A stretch of 64,000 nt of DNA, taken from the NCBI RefSeq assembly GCF_964204645.1, contig NC_134033.1, positions 4,612,231 to 4,676,230 on the forward strand, given 5' to 3'. The notes under the pieces are model-generated. The model saw only the letters and a program-made list of their open reading frames with translations, did not search any database and had not been told where the DNA came from. A program made the translations under genes and the position numbers. This DNA comes from Tubulanus polymorphus (taxonomy: Eukaryota; Animalia; Nemertea). Shown piece after piece: positions 1 to 11,980 of this stretch; within the stretch, counting starts at the first letter, position 1, and every line of letters begins with the position of its first letter.

Positions 1-495
1 TAAACTATAAACTCCTAATTTCGTTTCGAAAGATAGAATATCCTGAGCACAATATTACAGCGTATATCCATTTCCGGGGCGATTTCTAGAATGACACGTC
101 GTTAATTATGCTACGTCATCTAGTTCCGGTTCTAGAGTGTTCTCTCTCTGCACCTGATTATGACGTGTAATAATGTCTCGTCGTTATAGTAACAACTGTA
201 ACAGCTGTGAATTTATAGATTTATTCTATGGCTCTGTACATTGAATGTATATAGGCTCAAATAGAATCATGTTCTAGTATAAACATCTAGAACAAGCGTG
301 TTGAGACTTGTAAATTATGAGATTTGTGATTCGCTACGTTCGCTGTATACACAACGTGTTGAAGTTGAAAAAAAAAATAATAAAAGCATTTAGATTAATG
401 AAATTAATTAACTCTTTACAATTGAAATATAAGCTGGTAACATATGTTTACTAGAGCTAATACAACCAACTATATAGCTGAGTATTATCGGGTGT

Positions 496-669
496 TTATA
501 ACGATTCAACATATTTTTCGCCATGTGTTGAGTTCCTTAATTCGATAAATGTCTTTGCTTTAAACAACTGGACTAAAAACAAATGTGTTATAGTTTTATT
601 GTGTCTTGCTTTTTGAGACTTGTCTATATCGATATTACATGTTGGGCAGTAGTATTTATTTGCTTCCAT
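496..669 (-). CDS. 57-aa C2H2-type zinc-finger protein of element A (MEANKYYCPTCNIDIDKSQKARHNKTITHLFLVQLFKAKTFIELRNSTHGEKYVESL)
   Basis: Manual translation, ATG 669 to TAA 496. Has a CxxC...HxxxxxH motif; the tail matches the read-through tail of the HNH ORF at 14092-14166. Confidence 0.55.
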   Translation of the reverse strand: MEANKYYCPTCNIDIDKSQKARHNKTITHLFLVQLFKAKTFIELRNSTHGEKYVESL

Positions 670-750
670 TTTAATACTATTTTTTTTATTAAAATTGATT
701 TTAGAAGTTCAATGATTTAAATATTATTCATATATATGTGAATATTTTTA

Positions 751-1161
751 AGAGTAATAGGGATAATGGGCTTTCGGGTTAAAGGTTTAATGATTGAGTT
801 CATTAATAACATATATTAAAAGTAATTAAAAAACTATAATATATTTTCATAACCGCGTGTATTTCGGTTGAATAATAGAATAATTATTATCATTTGAATA
901 TATTTGATTATTTGAATTTGTGTATTGTAATTAAATCAATTGGTCGCGGAGCGGAGCGGTGGCGAAGCGGAGCGACCAATTGATTTAATACAATATGCAT
1001 TTAAAATTATTGATATCTTAGAATAAATATTTAGTTTTGATATAAAATGCATGCGGTTATGAAAATATATTATAGTTTTTTAATTACTTTTAATATTTTG
1101 TTTTTTAATGAGCTCGACCTTTCGACCTTTGATCTGAAAGCCCATTATCCCTATTACTATT
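751..1161. repeat. ~410-bp imperfect palindrome at the element A terminus
   Basis: AGAGTAATAGGGATAATGGGCTTTC ... GAAAGCCCATTATCCCTATTACT. Central stem AAATCAATTGGTCG/CGACCAATTGATTT encloses a GC-rich loop with GCGGA repeats. Confidence 0.9.
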
Positions 1162-4100
1162 ATCGAAAGGTTTCAATAACCATTTAAGCGATTGAATATA
1201 AGTAATTTCATTTCTGGTCACCAGTGGTTTGATAACTTTAAATGCGTCGTGGTCCATTGTCAGTATAGCGCCATATTGATGACGATATTGAAATTTGTTG
1301 ATCAGATTTTTCATATCACTTTCTATATTGAAGTTGATTCTTACTATTTCGGCGCGGATGCTGTGACACATTTCTCTAGCACTCCGAATATTCAAACCTC
1401 GATTGTTTTTCCAGTCTGTTAGTATTTGATAACATTGTCCGGTAATAGTTACCAAACCTCTTGGACAGGTTGAATTAATTAAAGTAACATCGGGAATCAT
1501 TTGATCTATTGTTTTATTCAAGCTTGTATTTGTTGAATTGTTCGCATCGTTTATCTTTAAATCGTTTTTGAAGTCGATTCTCTCAGATTCACAAATGAAT
1601 GTCGTGTGCGTCTCTTCGATTTGACACGGGAATCGAACCCAGTTCGCTGATCCTCGTGGGTTATTCAGTATCATCGCCGTACACGGCATATTGACGTCAT
1701 TTATCGGTTGTTTTCTTAACGGAGATATCAATCCTCGAATAACTTCTGGTATCGTTTCATTAATAACAGGTTTATACCACTCTGTGTAGCTCAATGGTTT
1801 ACCGTCAGTCCACGTGTAATAACCATCATTCTGTTTCGTGAAGAAAATTAAATATATCACTTCTTTAAAAATCTTTCGATTATAATTCATATTGGAATAC
1901 ATTAGTCTTACCTTCCATTTTAATCCAATCATCATTATGAGCGCTTTTAATGAGTACGCCATTCGGAGAAGTTCTGTAGCGAATAATCTTTTGATGGAAA
2001 TCATTTCCTGTTCTGTGTTGATACTGAGTAGATGTCCCGCGTACTTCTGTCTGCAGTATATTTCAGCGTTCTCCCAATTCAGACGTTCATCTCTGATGAA
2101 TTTGATGCAGGAAATTCCGGAATCCAGAAATTTTTGTTTACAGTAGATATCATCGAAATGTTTAATCGGTAACGACTCGTGTAAAGTGTATTGTATTTGG
2201 AAAGTAGGGACCTCATTCTTTACCTCAAAATGCAAACCATTATCTGTTAAACTATAATATACAAGTCCAAGAACCGCGTTATTTTCACATATCTTAAATT
2301 CATGTTGGGTACTTACAATATTCAAAAGTGCCTCATTAAGAAAGAGGTTGTAACTTCTGGATTGTATAAGAATTATTGGATCCGACTTGAATACGTTATT
2401 TGTCTCGCATGAAACTGTTTAGCAACGCTATTTTCTGTCCTATTCTCGAAGAATGGTCGACGTCGGAAATCCGGAACAGAGCGAAAGAGTAACGAGCGAA
2501 CTATCAGTTTGGAATACCAAAACTGGAACTGACTTTATTTTTACACATAGCTATTTATATAACACAGATTCAGACAGGTTGAGACATGGAAAATGATACA
2601 AAAACAAAGGTGACGAGTAGTGACATGACAGTGAGACAAACAACAATTAACACATTCTGACACAGACAAACAGTCTCAGAGGACAATGAGTAATAAGATG
2701 GAGACATAAACAATAAAGAAATACGAAATATAGATGAAATATGTATAACAATTATCAGTGACATTTAGTGTTGTTAAAACTGATCCAATGAATTTGACAA
2801 GAAATCTGTAGTAATGGAATATACTTTTCTGTATCGGGTTTTTGAATTTATAGGAAATAAAGTTCAATCTATTGGCTGTCCGACCCGGGTGGTTCGGTGA
2901 CTGCACGAGTCCACATTTATCTTTAGTCGCACTTTGGATAAGGGAATCAAAATTAGTTTCACCTGTTTTGACTCCTAGACATTTACGACGTATTTTAACT
3001 ATTAGTGGTTTCTGCCAGAATCCAAACTCATTAACTCTGAAATCTACAGTGTTTAATACGAGACTGTTATTAAGAAACTGATAACTTAAACTCAGAAACT
3101 GATCACATGACAATGACATCTTGAGAAAACATCGGTCAATTTGATATTCGTGTTCTGATAATATGTGAATATTTTTCGAGCGAAGGCGTCGATTTTCAGG
3201 TGTAATCACGAGACAGAGTGACGTCATATTGATCTGACGTTCTTCATCCTGTAGAACGTAACCGTCACAATCAGTAGGAGCAAATCGAAGAGATGATCTG
3301 AAAGGATCACCATCTGTTAACTGATTGTTATAGTAATAAGCGTATGCTACTACAGTAACCGGTCCACCTGATGTAATCAGGCTGACGACAGATCGACCGT
3401 AGTATGAACCAGGACAATACGGACCATAGCGTCTACCTGTGAAATTACTACCATCAAATATATAAAAACCAGCTCGATCACAGTTTTCTGATAGCACTGT
3501 TAGTTTCAACTGTTCTTCATAGATGTTCACTTTCCAGTTTAGTTGTAATGTAGTAACACGATACAATGTATTCTTTGATCTCGGGAACAATAGATAAGCT
3601 GTCAGTGAGTTTGCGGTTGAATGCTGAAATATAAGAATTGATAACAGCATTGAACGTTTACGATACGACAATTTTAAACCACTCATAACCTGAAATTATC
3701 CATAAATCATCATAATTACTCCACGTAAACCACATGTGTTTTTGGTCACACATAACGTTGTTATTCCAAGTTTCTCGGTAAAGTTTCACTGGTCAAAATC
3801 GCCATCAAAATCATAGACTTTTACAGTGATTCTATTACACGAACCTAATTTATACAAATCGTTGTAATAACTTACCCGTGTCCTTAACTTGTTGACATTA
3901 ATTCAATTACACGAACCAAATTTACAAATCTCTGTAATAAACTTACCCATATCCATGGTTTGTTGACGTAGACGTCTGATGTTGTGATTGATTTCACTCC
4001 GAATTCTATTTTCAAATTCGATCTTAAAAAATCCGATGTTGTTAAAACGCACAGAATCACGAGAAATTCGTCTGATTTTACACTCAGAGATTTACGATGG

Positions 4101-5167
4101 TTAAAACTGAGTAAAATATCAGTTCTCACAATACGTAACCCTTCCTGTTTATATACACCAACGAAAACTGGTGACGAGACGAGATCACGTGTCCAGTTGA
4201 AGACGACGTACTGCAGAACATCGACTGTGATAGACCAGCAGTATAAGTGTTTAGACTGAGTTACTATATGTGGTATTCCATCAATTGTAGTGAGCAGTCC
4301 TGATTTATTATAGACTTGAATTAACGGGTTAGAGATGTTCCAATCTGATATTTTGTAAACTTGCACGAGTAACAGCGCCTTAACTCTACTTGAAAAAAAA
4401 TCAATACGAGCTTTATTAGTTTTAGTATAAAACGATGAAGGTGGATGTCCGGTTTGTTCTCGTATAAGAGCTATAGGTTCACTGGTGTTGTTCCATCTGT
4501 CGTAAATTTGAGGACGAGTTTTCATCGGATCCTCACCTGGTCTTAATCTGAAATCTATCTGTATAAACGTTAAATTCATTGCAAACCCGTCTGGCATCCC
4601 GATCCATTCTAACAACAATTTACATCGCCGGGTAGAAATCATGAATTCATAACCTGTTTGAGTTGGTAATTCTTTTACTGCATGCTTGTGACATGTATGT
4701 AAGATATTCAAGCGACTCTGTTCTTCAAAACGATATATGATATAAACCCGACTACCTCGCGCTCCATCGACGTTACTCCTAAACAACAACGAAATCAAAT
4801 TGTTACTGCCGATATCTAGTTGTTTTCTTCCGGTAGCGCGGAGTTTGTTGCCGGACTCACCGACGAGAAGGTAGTTTTCGTTACAAAATATCGACGGCTC
4901 GATATCGTAGTAAACTTGAACGAGAAAACTTCCCGGTAAAGAGCTGTTGACGAACCAACGACATTCAACACCGCGCACTAACGACGGATAGTTCGGTGAA
5001 ACGATGTAACCAGACGTAGAATCGACGGAGTATTGAGTGTTGTTACAAGATGAACTGACTGTAACAGACTCGGCTTCCTCGACAGAGTTTGCGCGATCAG
5101 CCCGCGTAAATATACAGTCTCCGCAAGCGATCAGTAAAACTACGAATAACGCTTTCATTCGCTGCAT
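1162..5167 (-). pseudogene. Truncated GRL101-like receptor paralog (signal peptide, CUB-like domains, C-type lectin domains); LDLa/LRR/7TM part absent from window
   Basis: ORFs 3884-5176, 2676-3686 and 1105-2325 align with 57659-61115. Motifs: CUB GYIVSPNYP..ECRW; CTL WENAEIYC..GHLLSI..WTDG..Y.EW. Interrupted by a solo LTR (2416-2776) and cut at 1161. Confidence 0.8.
2416..2776 (-). mobile_element. Solo LTR (~361 bp) inserted in the receptor coding sequence
   Basis: Absent from the paralog, whose empty site reads GGATCAGTTTCATG near 59841. 4-bp TSD AAAC (2412-2415 / 2777-2780). Minus strand has TATATAAATAG then AATAAA and ends CA (starts TA rather than TG). Removal restores the frame (IGSVSCETNNVF). 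Confidence 0.7.
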
Positions 5168-5689
5168 ATTGAACACAATTCACGCTTCAAAACTAACACA
5201 TTTTTCACTATTTCCAAGTTCGCGCGACATTTCTCGAATAGCTGCAAAGTAATGACGAATTCGCAAATGTCTGTAGTTGACGAATTGATCGAGTCCAATT
5301 ATTTTGTAAAAAATCCGCCAATCAAACTGGCGCCAGTCTCGTATTTGTGAAACTTTCATCTGTTCTCGGTTTCGCTGTAATAACCGCGGTTTTTAAATTT
5401 AGACGTGTTTAAATATATCGTGTTTATAATCAGTGCAATTATTTCTCTAAATATATTTACTGTCGCTGCCGAATTGCGTTCAGTTTGTGATAATATTCGA
5501 TGACATTTTCTATCTTTACCTCAAAATATTCTGCGTCTCTGTAAAACACTTCGTCAATATCTGTTTTGACAATTTACTCTACAGTCCCCTAAAATAACTG
5601 GTTTGAAGCTAACTGAAGCGCATTGATATCTGATTGTGACGAGTGAGAACTTGTTCGGTACTGACTTTTCGGAGAACCAACACCAACCA

Positions 5690-5900
5690 AGTAACGACGA
5701 TGACAGCGGTAGAATTGAAACTGTACTTATAACGAGCCAACAAATGCAGCAAATACCGATAACGTATTTCGGAGTTATAATCGGACTTCTAGAAAACGGG
5801 TTGACGATATTTGAATATCTCTGACGCGTTAGAATTAAGTGAACAGTTAAGGGAGCTCAAATTAAGAAACGGAGAATAATCCCGGCGCGACTCGCGCACT
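5690..5900 (-). pseudogene. Decayed fragment of the receptor's 7TM coding region (TM3-TM4) upstream of the gene
   Basis: Reverse complement matches ~63060-63270 (TTAATTCTAACGCG...ATCGTCAACCCGTTTTCT...CCGCTGTCATCGTCGT). Confidence 0.7.
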
Positions 5901-7165
5901 CTGATTCGGACCGTTCTAAATTTGCCCTGTTCCGGACACGGACCCGTTTAAAACGGTTTAACTGGTTCGTAGTGTGAATGCGGCTATAGGTTAAACCAAT
6001 AATGAATGAGGTAAATTGATAATTCCGAAACACCCGATCTTCACTTTCAAACTTTAGATTTGACTCAATAGAATATGTACATCGTAGTCCGTTAGGCATT
6101 GCTTTTGATTACTTGAAGAACGAATCCGCGCCAAGAATTCAGCAAAGTTCCTTACACTGAATTGTATTTTATTCCCCCTACGTTATTTGCAAAAACTATT
6201 TAAAAAAAATTTTCCCATTATTTGTATCAAATTCATCACAATTTTCAATCATTTTCGGTTCTTTTTTCTGCGGTCCTTTGAGGTTTCGTTTGTGTTAAAT
6301 AAATCCGTTTTTTCTCCTGCCTCCTTCCGTTTTGGAACGCCTGCATAAATGATCGAAAATGATGATGATCTGATACGATCGGTCACCGATATTGGGGAGA
6401 TGTTAGTGTGTTTTATAGATATGTTTTAATGAGAATAAGGTGGCGCCAGCTGGCGAACAAACAATTAAACACATAAATAACCGAAAACCAGCGATCAGTA
6501 ATCAGCAATTGGTAAATGACATTTGGCAACGAGCAACTGTCATGGTGATCTGGGAATTCCGTAGAAAAGGAACATATTTCAATAATCGTCAATTAATCGG
6601 TTTTTAAACCGCTTGTTGTTTCTGATGAGATTCGTCTTTACAATCGTAAGGAATCATTTGAAGCAATCTCAGCGTCGAAAATCATATAGATTGGAAAAGA
6701 GCTAGAAAAGACATTTCGAAACGATGAAATAATATCTTTGCGAATGTCACTGTGAGAAGAAAAACGAATGTCGAAATTTCCAAATCATGAAATTAACAAC
6801 AATAAAGTAGATTCTACTTTTAAGAATTTGATATAATTTGTTCTTCTACTACGAAATGGAGTCGAACCAAAAACTACGGATTGTTACATATTGCCCGTTT
6901 ATTGTAAAATGACCAGCTGACAGTTGCTTTTAAATCACTAAATCACCCTAATTTCACTTTGAAATTATGCTGAGGGAAATATAAAATCCAAGGTAACATC
7001 ACCAGCTTGCATCGAAGACTTCGGTTGAAATTGTGTCGAGTCTGCACTCTCTGATTCTCATGATTTGTATGGTTCGAATTTAGGTCTGAGAGGAAGTCAT
7101 TGTCTTTTCCACAGAAAATGGAAACAGAAAATGAAAATGGAAACTATTATGTATTTATTGATTTC

Positions 7166-8043
7166 TGTAGAGCCGCGCAGTTTATAGAGCGAAGATGGAT
7201 TATGACCAGTGACCCCGATAGTTAGATGATATCAAATATGAAGCTTCATTGTGTTCGACAATTCTTGTCGATCGCACAGATTATTACATTTGGTTGTCCG
7301 TGTATGCTCACACATAGAGGTTATCGCGATGGTATATGGTTTACCAGTATGGACAAAGGTGCTCAAACTGTCTCCTGTAATAAAGTAGACACCTCTTGTG
7401 AACATAGTAGGATTTATTCTGAATGAACGGAATGGCGCTGAAACGAAATCCAAGATAAACTGTTCTCAAAAGCTGAGCTGTTACTGGAAATTAAATGGAA
7501 TTTGAATTGGCTTCTCGTTCAGGATACATTTGGAATGGAATCGCGCTTAAAGTAATTCCGGATTGATATAAACTGTGAAAAAAACTGAACTGTTATCAAA
7601 AACACAAGGATTCAAATTGACTCAATGATTATCATTGGATTCAGACATTACACGCACAGGATTGGATAAACTGTAAGTTAGAGGACATTAACAGCTGAAA
7701 TTATAGGTTTAATTAGTTTAGGAACTTACTCGGTGAGTTAGTAAGTTATAGAAATGCATGAATATTAATACAGTTTTAAATGAAATGCGTTAGTTAGGAA
7801 ATAGGGTGTTATTTACGTCAGGGTCCTGCGGGTCTCTGGGTCTACAGATAGAAATAGCAGGTTGTTTATTACTTATGTCTAATATCTTTATTTCAGGATC
7901 CTGTATTTCATGCTTCTTTTATTCCAGGGTTTCTCTCTACTTTCAGGTTTTTTACTTTTTTCCGAATTTCCGTTTCTTTCAAATTTATTGTTTTATAAGA
8001 CAACGCCTATTATGTAAATATTTAACTTGAAATAAACGTGACA
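7166..8043 (+). mobile_element. Solo LTR (878 bp), 5-bp TSD, possibly BEL/Pao or Copia type
   Basis: TG...CA termini, AATAAA just before the 3' CA, TSD ATTTC at 7161-7165 and 8044-8048. Homologous copy at 55550-56428. Confidence 0.7.
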
Positions 8044-9234
8044 ATTTCTCAGGGTCATCGCTGAGAAAAGAGCCCAGAAGACTAGGCCACAGAGTACGTG
8101 TCTTCACCCCCAGCACACAACAGAGTGACCCGATTCAGGTATGACCTGTATGTTCTACTTCAGTGAAAAGAACAAGACCCCCTAGTCACAGAAGATTGAA
8201 CCTGAAGTTGAATGATGAGTGACTGAAGAATTCCGGTGTGACCTGTATAACATGTCTCTCTATTTCAGTATCCACCTCCTTACCCCCAAACCCTAGCCTG
8301 AATGGGTAGACCGAAAATATAGGTTAGGTTAGAATAGTTAGTTGATAGATCTGGGAATTAGAACATAATTTCAGCTGTTGATATAAAAAAACAGTTGTAA
8401 TTTCAAGTGGAACTTTTTAACAGGAAAAGTTGCATTTATTTAAAATTAAACTTGATTTAAAATGTTTGACAGTTTGTGAGTTAAGTGTGATTTGAGTAAG
8501 ATGAAGAGTTGAAGAGTTGAACTCTACTTCTTATAAAATACAAATGACATTTACTTACGTACAACTGGTTTCAGGTTCAGACAGCCGGTTTCGGTCGGGT
8601 CCTATTCCTGTGGAACCTAGATTTCTGGTTTTTTTATGGTTGAATTATTTTATTGATATTTGAGCTGATTTCGGGCGCGCGCTGTTTGTTTTGCTGTCGA
8701 TATTTCTCGGGTATATTTATAGAAGATGCGGTTTTTTGATTGAAGATTCAAATTACTCGTTTCATGTTATTTCGAGGTCTCCTCTCAATTATATATAATC
8801 TCGTAACAGAAACGGTTGTTTTTCGTACCAGTGAACGTCAGTGTTTTATTGCGAACATAGAAATTCATAATGTAAAACAGAATTAGATTCAACAATTTAT
8901 TACAATTATTCTTTCTACATGTAGATTATATTGGCTACGAACTTTTAAAGTCATCATTTTGAAGCCATTTCGTGCCGTCAAATTTTTTACATGGCGACTA
9001 AAATAGCGGTTTATACATAAACCACTATTTGAAAGAGGTTTTGAAACTACTGGGACTTAATTCGTGCGACCTAACGATTTCGCTACTTGTATCGAAGCGA
9101 TTTATGCGAGGTTGACTACGTATTATCTGGACACACACAGGATGCCGCACGCGGTTAGCTGGAATCTGTAACTGGTGATTAGTTCCATACGTAGAACAGT
9201 TCTTATGTTACGTGTAGCATATTTTCTCCACGAC

Positions 9235-9523
9235 ATGTTCGCTAAATTCATCCCGTTTATTTGTCTGATAGTCAGCGTCGCGTCCGAGTTTCAAGAGTTC
9301 TATACGATGACGGTCGACGCGTCTGCAAAACCGTACAAGTCGACAGTCGGGTCGCGCGGTGAATGCGCGCTGCGCTGTTTGGGCGAAAGGTCGAATTGTC
9401 GGGGTTTCGACGTCGATCCGACGAAATCTCACGGCGTCGACGAATGTTACCTGTTCAACAACGAGCTGGTGAAATACATTGCATCGGGAAAAACGAAAAT
9501 TGTCCTGTACAAACACGATAAAG
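9235..9523 (+). CDS. First coding exon of a secreted PAN/Apple-domain protein
   Basis: Signal peptide MFAKFIPFICLIVSVAS; PAN pattern SRGECALRC..SNCRGF..ECYLF. Splice donor AAG|GTATTT after 9523. Downstream exons not identified. Confidence 0.65.
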
Positions 9524-9763
9524 GTATTTTTCTCGAGAACTTACAACGTATTTTTAATTCATAAGTGAATAAATGATTCGAGCTGTAAAGAGAAGCTCTA
9601 GAATATTGGCATAAATCATGTTAATCGGGCTATTTGAAATCGTCTTTTTGAGAATATCGGATATGTATATATATTATATATTCCTCTGTTTGTAGAACAC
9701 GGATCTTGAAGATTTGGATTTTTCGTCGCGAATGGAATTTGCTATCACGTATTCCGATGGAAC

Positions 9764-10179
9764 AGTAGTAATAGGGGTAATAGGCTTTCAAGCCAAAGGT
9801 CGAACGGTCGAGCTCATTAAAAAACAAAACATTAAAAGTAATTTAAAACTATAATATATTTTCATAACCGTGTGTATTTTATATTATAACTAAATATTTA
9901 TTCTAAGATATTAATAATTTGAATTTTAAAATCATATTGTATAAAATCAATTGGTCGCTCCACTTCGCTACCGCTCCGCTCCACGACCAATTGATTTATT
10001 TACAATACACAAATTCATATAATCAAATTTATTCAAATAATAATAATTATTCTATTATTCAACTGAAATACACACGGTTATGAAAATATATTATAGTTTT
10101 AAATTACTTTTAATGTTTTGTTTTTAATGAACTCGACCATTCAACCTTTAACCTGAAAGCTTATTACCCCTATTACTCT
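9764..10179. repeat. ~415-bp imperfect palindrome forming the element B terminus
   Basis: AGTAGTAATAGGGGTAATAGGCTTTC ... GAAAGCTTATTACCCCTATTACTCT. 14-bp central stem 9944-9957 / 9984-9997 around a 26-nt loop with CTCC/CTTCG-type repeats. Confidence 0.9.
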
Positions 10180-10267
10180 TGAAATATTCATGTAAATAAA
10201 TAACATTTAAATTGACAGATTATTCAATATAAAAGTGTAAGCTCTTATAGAATAGATATATAAATAG

Positions 10268-10882
10268 TTATTTTATAAATTTATATTCATATGGAAATTG
10301 TAGTCTCAGTAATAATTTTGAACCTTTATTATTCTTTAATTTATTCATATATTCATCATGTAATTCAGTGGGTATAATTTGATTTTCTTCCAATGATTGT
10401 TGCAAAGATTTTTTATCTTTGTTATAAAATAAAACTAGAAATCTTATATTCCCCCTGAAGTCTTTAACAATTGAATTATATTTTTGATTTAAAACCCAAG
10501 TTGTTATCCCACAATGTCTCCCAGAGAAAGCTAAATAACATAACTCACTTTCTCTCACTTTTGAATCATGTAAATTTGCGCAATCATCTACAATGAATAA
10601 TGTCTTTGATCCTTTATAAGTATCAATTGCTATTTTAATACAATTATCTAAATTTTCTTTTACTGTTTTAGGATTTAATATAATAAACTTTTTTATCTTA
10701 ACTATATCTCTATTATATGTTTTATTCATTTCATAAGTAGGACAAAATAATATTATATTATCAAAATGATTCTTATAAATCATAGTTTCTAACAAATCTA
10801 ATATGAAATGTGTTTTACCACAGTTTGTTACTCCAGTAACTAACATATTATGCGGTTCAAATATAAATAAATCTTTATTCAT
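10268..10882 (-). CDS. A32/FtsK-like genome packaging ATPase
   Basis: Walker A GVTNCGKT, Walker B LFIVDD, then GRH and LNQ motifs typical of Polinton/virophage/poxvirus A32 ATPases. Intact 204 aa. Confidence 0.88.
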   Translation of the reverse strand: MNKDLFIFEPHNMLVTGVTNCGKTHFILDLLETMIYKNHFDNIILFCPTYEMNKTYNRDIVKIKKFIILNPKTVKENLDNCIKIAIDTYKGSKTLFIVDDCANLHDSKVRESELCYLAFSGRHCGITTWVLNQKYNSIVKDFRGNIRFLVLFYNKDKKSLQQSLEENQIIPTELHDEYMNKLKNNKGSKLLLRLQFPYEYKFIK

Positions 10883-10889
10883 TTATTCT

Positions 10890-11971
10890 TTAAATTTTAC
10901 TAGATAAAATCCATTCATTAAATTTATCATCGTATCCTTTATATTTCACCAAAGAATACTTTTTTCCTTTAAGAGTTTTTGTTTTCAATACTTTTTCTAT
11001 TTTGTATTCTATTTCATCTGGGTTTGGTACAAGTGATAATTCTTGTTCATAGAAATAACCTAATATTTCTTCATCTTTTAGATCTTCTAGTTTATAAACA
11101 AAAGGTTTAGTTAATATTATCTTTTTAATCTTAAATATTTCTTCTGTAAAATTTGGGGTATAACCTTTATAAAAGGTTTTTCTATATTTAGATATTCTTA
11201 CGTGTTGTCCTATTTTGAATTTAGGTTCACCGAAATCGTGTGTAACAAATGCTCCATATAAATTATTCCAAACTATTTCCGAATTATCTTCTTTTCTAGC
11301 TTGTATAGGTTTCATATTTATAGAACTATGTTTAGAATTATTATAACCTTTCACTAAATCATCTAATACATCGATATATTTATATGTTTCATTAGCAGTA
11401 AAATATTTCCACATTCTAGTTTTCAATGTTTTATTAACTCTTTCTTAAATCTTTCTATAATAGATGCTTTTTTATCTGAGTGTGTTGAGAAATAAACTAC
11501 ATCGTTATCAGATAATAGTTTTTTAAAATGTTTGTTATAAAATTCCTTACCTTCATCAAATTGTATCTTATCTGGAATAGCTTCTTTAAATATAGATTTA
11601 AAAGCATTTGTTACTTCTATTCCAGTTTTATTTTTGATTGGAATTGACCATGCGTATCTACTGAATATGTCTATAACATTCAATATCCAGAAATATCCTT
11701 TGTTGTATTCCTCTAAGTTCTTCATATCAATTAAATCTGCTTGCCATTGTTGATCGATATATGAAACCATAACTTTTCTTGTTAAATAAGTTTTATCCAT
11801 TTTCTTGTGAATTTGATATGTTGGTTGATTTTGTAACCATGATTTTAATTCACTATATTTTATATCACCATTATCAGATTTAACTTTATCCCATAATTCT
11901 GAAACGTTAGAATAAGATACTTCACTTTCTGGGTTATAATATAAATCTCTTAAATATTGTTCTTTTTTCAT
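10890..11971 (-). pseudogene. Polinton-type rve integrase with C-terminal chromodomain-like region, frameshifted
   Basis: Motifs YYNP, WQADL, IDIFSRYAW, QFDEGKEF, IERF, YNNSKHSSI, VRISK..F.KGY, YKIEKVL..VKYKGY..FNEW. An 11-bp imperfect tandem duplication (11434-11455) splits it into two ORFs. Confidence 0.88.
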
Positions 11972-11980
11972 CTTATTTTA

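Larger units (their letters stand above)
1..1161. mobile_element. Right-hand end of a Polinton/Maverick-like element (copy A), running off the window's left edge
   Basis: Ends CCCTATTACTATT at ~1161, the near reverse complement of the AGTAGTAATAGGG terminus at 9764. Segments 1-50, 520-560 and 690-750 resemble 13793-13840, 14115-14160 and 14770-14830 of element B. Host receptor sequence resumes at ~1162. Confidence 0.75.

Noticed and set aside
7226-8030. Short ORFs inside the solo LTR, and their mirrors at 55256-55778
   Set aside because: No motifs, and the frames are not preserved between the two copies.
1162-9763. Host segment captured as cargo between two viral TIRs
   Set aside because: The termini face away from this segment (viral sequence lies outside it), which fits two separate insertions better.
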